Source: Octopus vulgaris (taxonomy: Eukaryota). From it: a DNA stretch of 64,000 nt. The position numbers and the translations under genes are program-made. This document shows, piece after piece, positions 62,930 to 64,000 of the stretch. Positions within the stretch are counted from its first letter, which is position 1; each line of letters opens with the position of its first letter. The stretch is from assembly GCA_951406725.2 (NCBI GenBank), contig OX597815.1, positions 120,218,001 through 120,282,000 on the forward strand, in the 5' to 3' direction. The notes under the pieces are model-generated. The model was given only the letters and a program-made list of their open reading frames with translations. It was not told where the DNA came from and ran no database searches.

Positions 62930-63215
62930 AATAGCAACTGAGCAAAGAGATACATACCTGAAATCTAGCCTTTTTAACCCTGATCACTTCGCGTATGTTA
63001 TTTAAATATTCATATTCGTCACAGTCGAGGTAACATCGCCCTAGCAACCGATAACCAAAGATACTAAATTACAGTCTATTTTCGCAATATTTCCTAATAG
63101 AGTTTAACTACAAGTGTCACCTGGTTACGTAAACTATCTCGGTTACTAATATACAAAAGATTCGCCATGATTGTGTTAATGCAATCAATATTCTACGGTT
63201 GCTAGCAACAAGTAG
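62930..63215 (-). promoter_or_regulatory. Putative promoter and non-coding first exon with RFX X-box-like motifs
   Basis: Unique CpG-containing DNA. CAG|GTATGT donor at 62958 on minus. X-box-like sites at 63035-63048, 63116-63128 and 63198-63209. Confidence 0.4.
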
Positions 63216-63269
63216 ATCGACTGTTAAAAAGTTGTTTCAATAAAAGGTTTTACTAATGGCATCACCACA

Positions 63270-63469
63270 CCTCTCTCTCTCTCTCTCTCTCACTTCTCCC
63301 GCTCTCCTCTAGTGTTTTCTTCTCTCTCTACTACCCTTCATACTCCTTCCCTCTGCTATCCCGTCCCCTTTTCTCCATCGTTCACTCTTGTCTCTATTTT
63401 CTTTTCTTTCGCTTTTTACTATCTCACTATTCTCGCTTTCTCTCTATCAATTTCTATGCCTCACACATA

Positions 63470-63534
<65 letters not shown>

Positions 63535-63572
63535 TTTGTCCGTCTATCCTCCCCATTTTCCCTAATTCTCTT

Positions 63573-63604
<32 letters not shown>

Positions 63605-63662
63605 TCACGCATTTATCTATCCCTCCCTGTTTTCTCTAATTCTGTCTCTCTCTCCCTCTTTT

Positions 63663-63695
<33 letters not shown>

Positions 63696-63777
63696 TATCT
63701 GTCCCTCCCCGTTTTCTCTAATTTTCTCTCTCTCTCACACACTCACCTTTGTCTGTCTGTCCCTCCCCATTTTCTCT

Positions 63778-63825
<48 letters not shown>

Positions 63826-63851
63826 ACCTACCTACCTACCTACATACCTAC

Positions 63852-63941
<90 letters not shown>

Positions 63942-63952
63942 GTCTATCTATC
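63270..63952. repeat. CT/CA-rich minisatellite followed by (CTAC)n and (ATCT)n
   Basis: About four CCTCCCC.TTTTCTCTAATT units separated by (CT)n(CA)n. Confidence 0.9.
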
Positions 63953-64000
63953 TCACGGTACATTAGTTTCTATTACATTGTTATTGTCTCATAAGTATTA

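Overview
AT-rich, repeat-dense animal genomic DNA. The SINE, Helitron, Penelope and Dong repertoire suggests a coleoid cephalopod, most likely Octopus; this is an inference from remembered repeat families, not a database result. Two convergent intron-containing genes can be reconstructed by hand with consistent splice phases. (1) On +, the last 7 coding exons (1033-7456) of a PLEKHA8/FAPP2-like glycolipid-transfer protein. (2) On -, a 9-coding-exon gene (50734 to 20569, 2046 nt, 681 aa) encoding signal peptide-SRCR-SRCR-ZP-furin site-Ser/Thr stalk-hydrophobic tail (DMBT1-like), with a possible non-coding first exon and promoter near 63 kb. The rest is transposon-derived: three tRNA-like SINE groups, RTE, Tx1/L1-like, R4/Dong and Neptune (Penelope-like) retroelement remnants, a mariner derivative, piggyBac-like MITEs, a head-to-tail Helitron array with a Pif1 fragment, and many microsatellites. 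The most notable observations are minimal hammerhead-ribozyme motifs with compensatory core 3:8 pairs (A3:U8 at 43218-43250, U3:A8 at 61612-61647) and an alternating six-unit array of hairpin plus H-type-pseudoknot modules in an RTE 3' UTR (39449-39815). Repeat boundaries are approximate unless a TSD or terminus is quoted.
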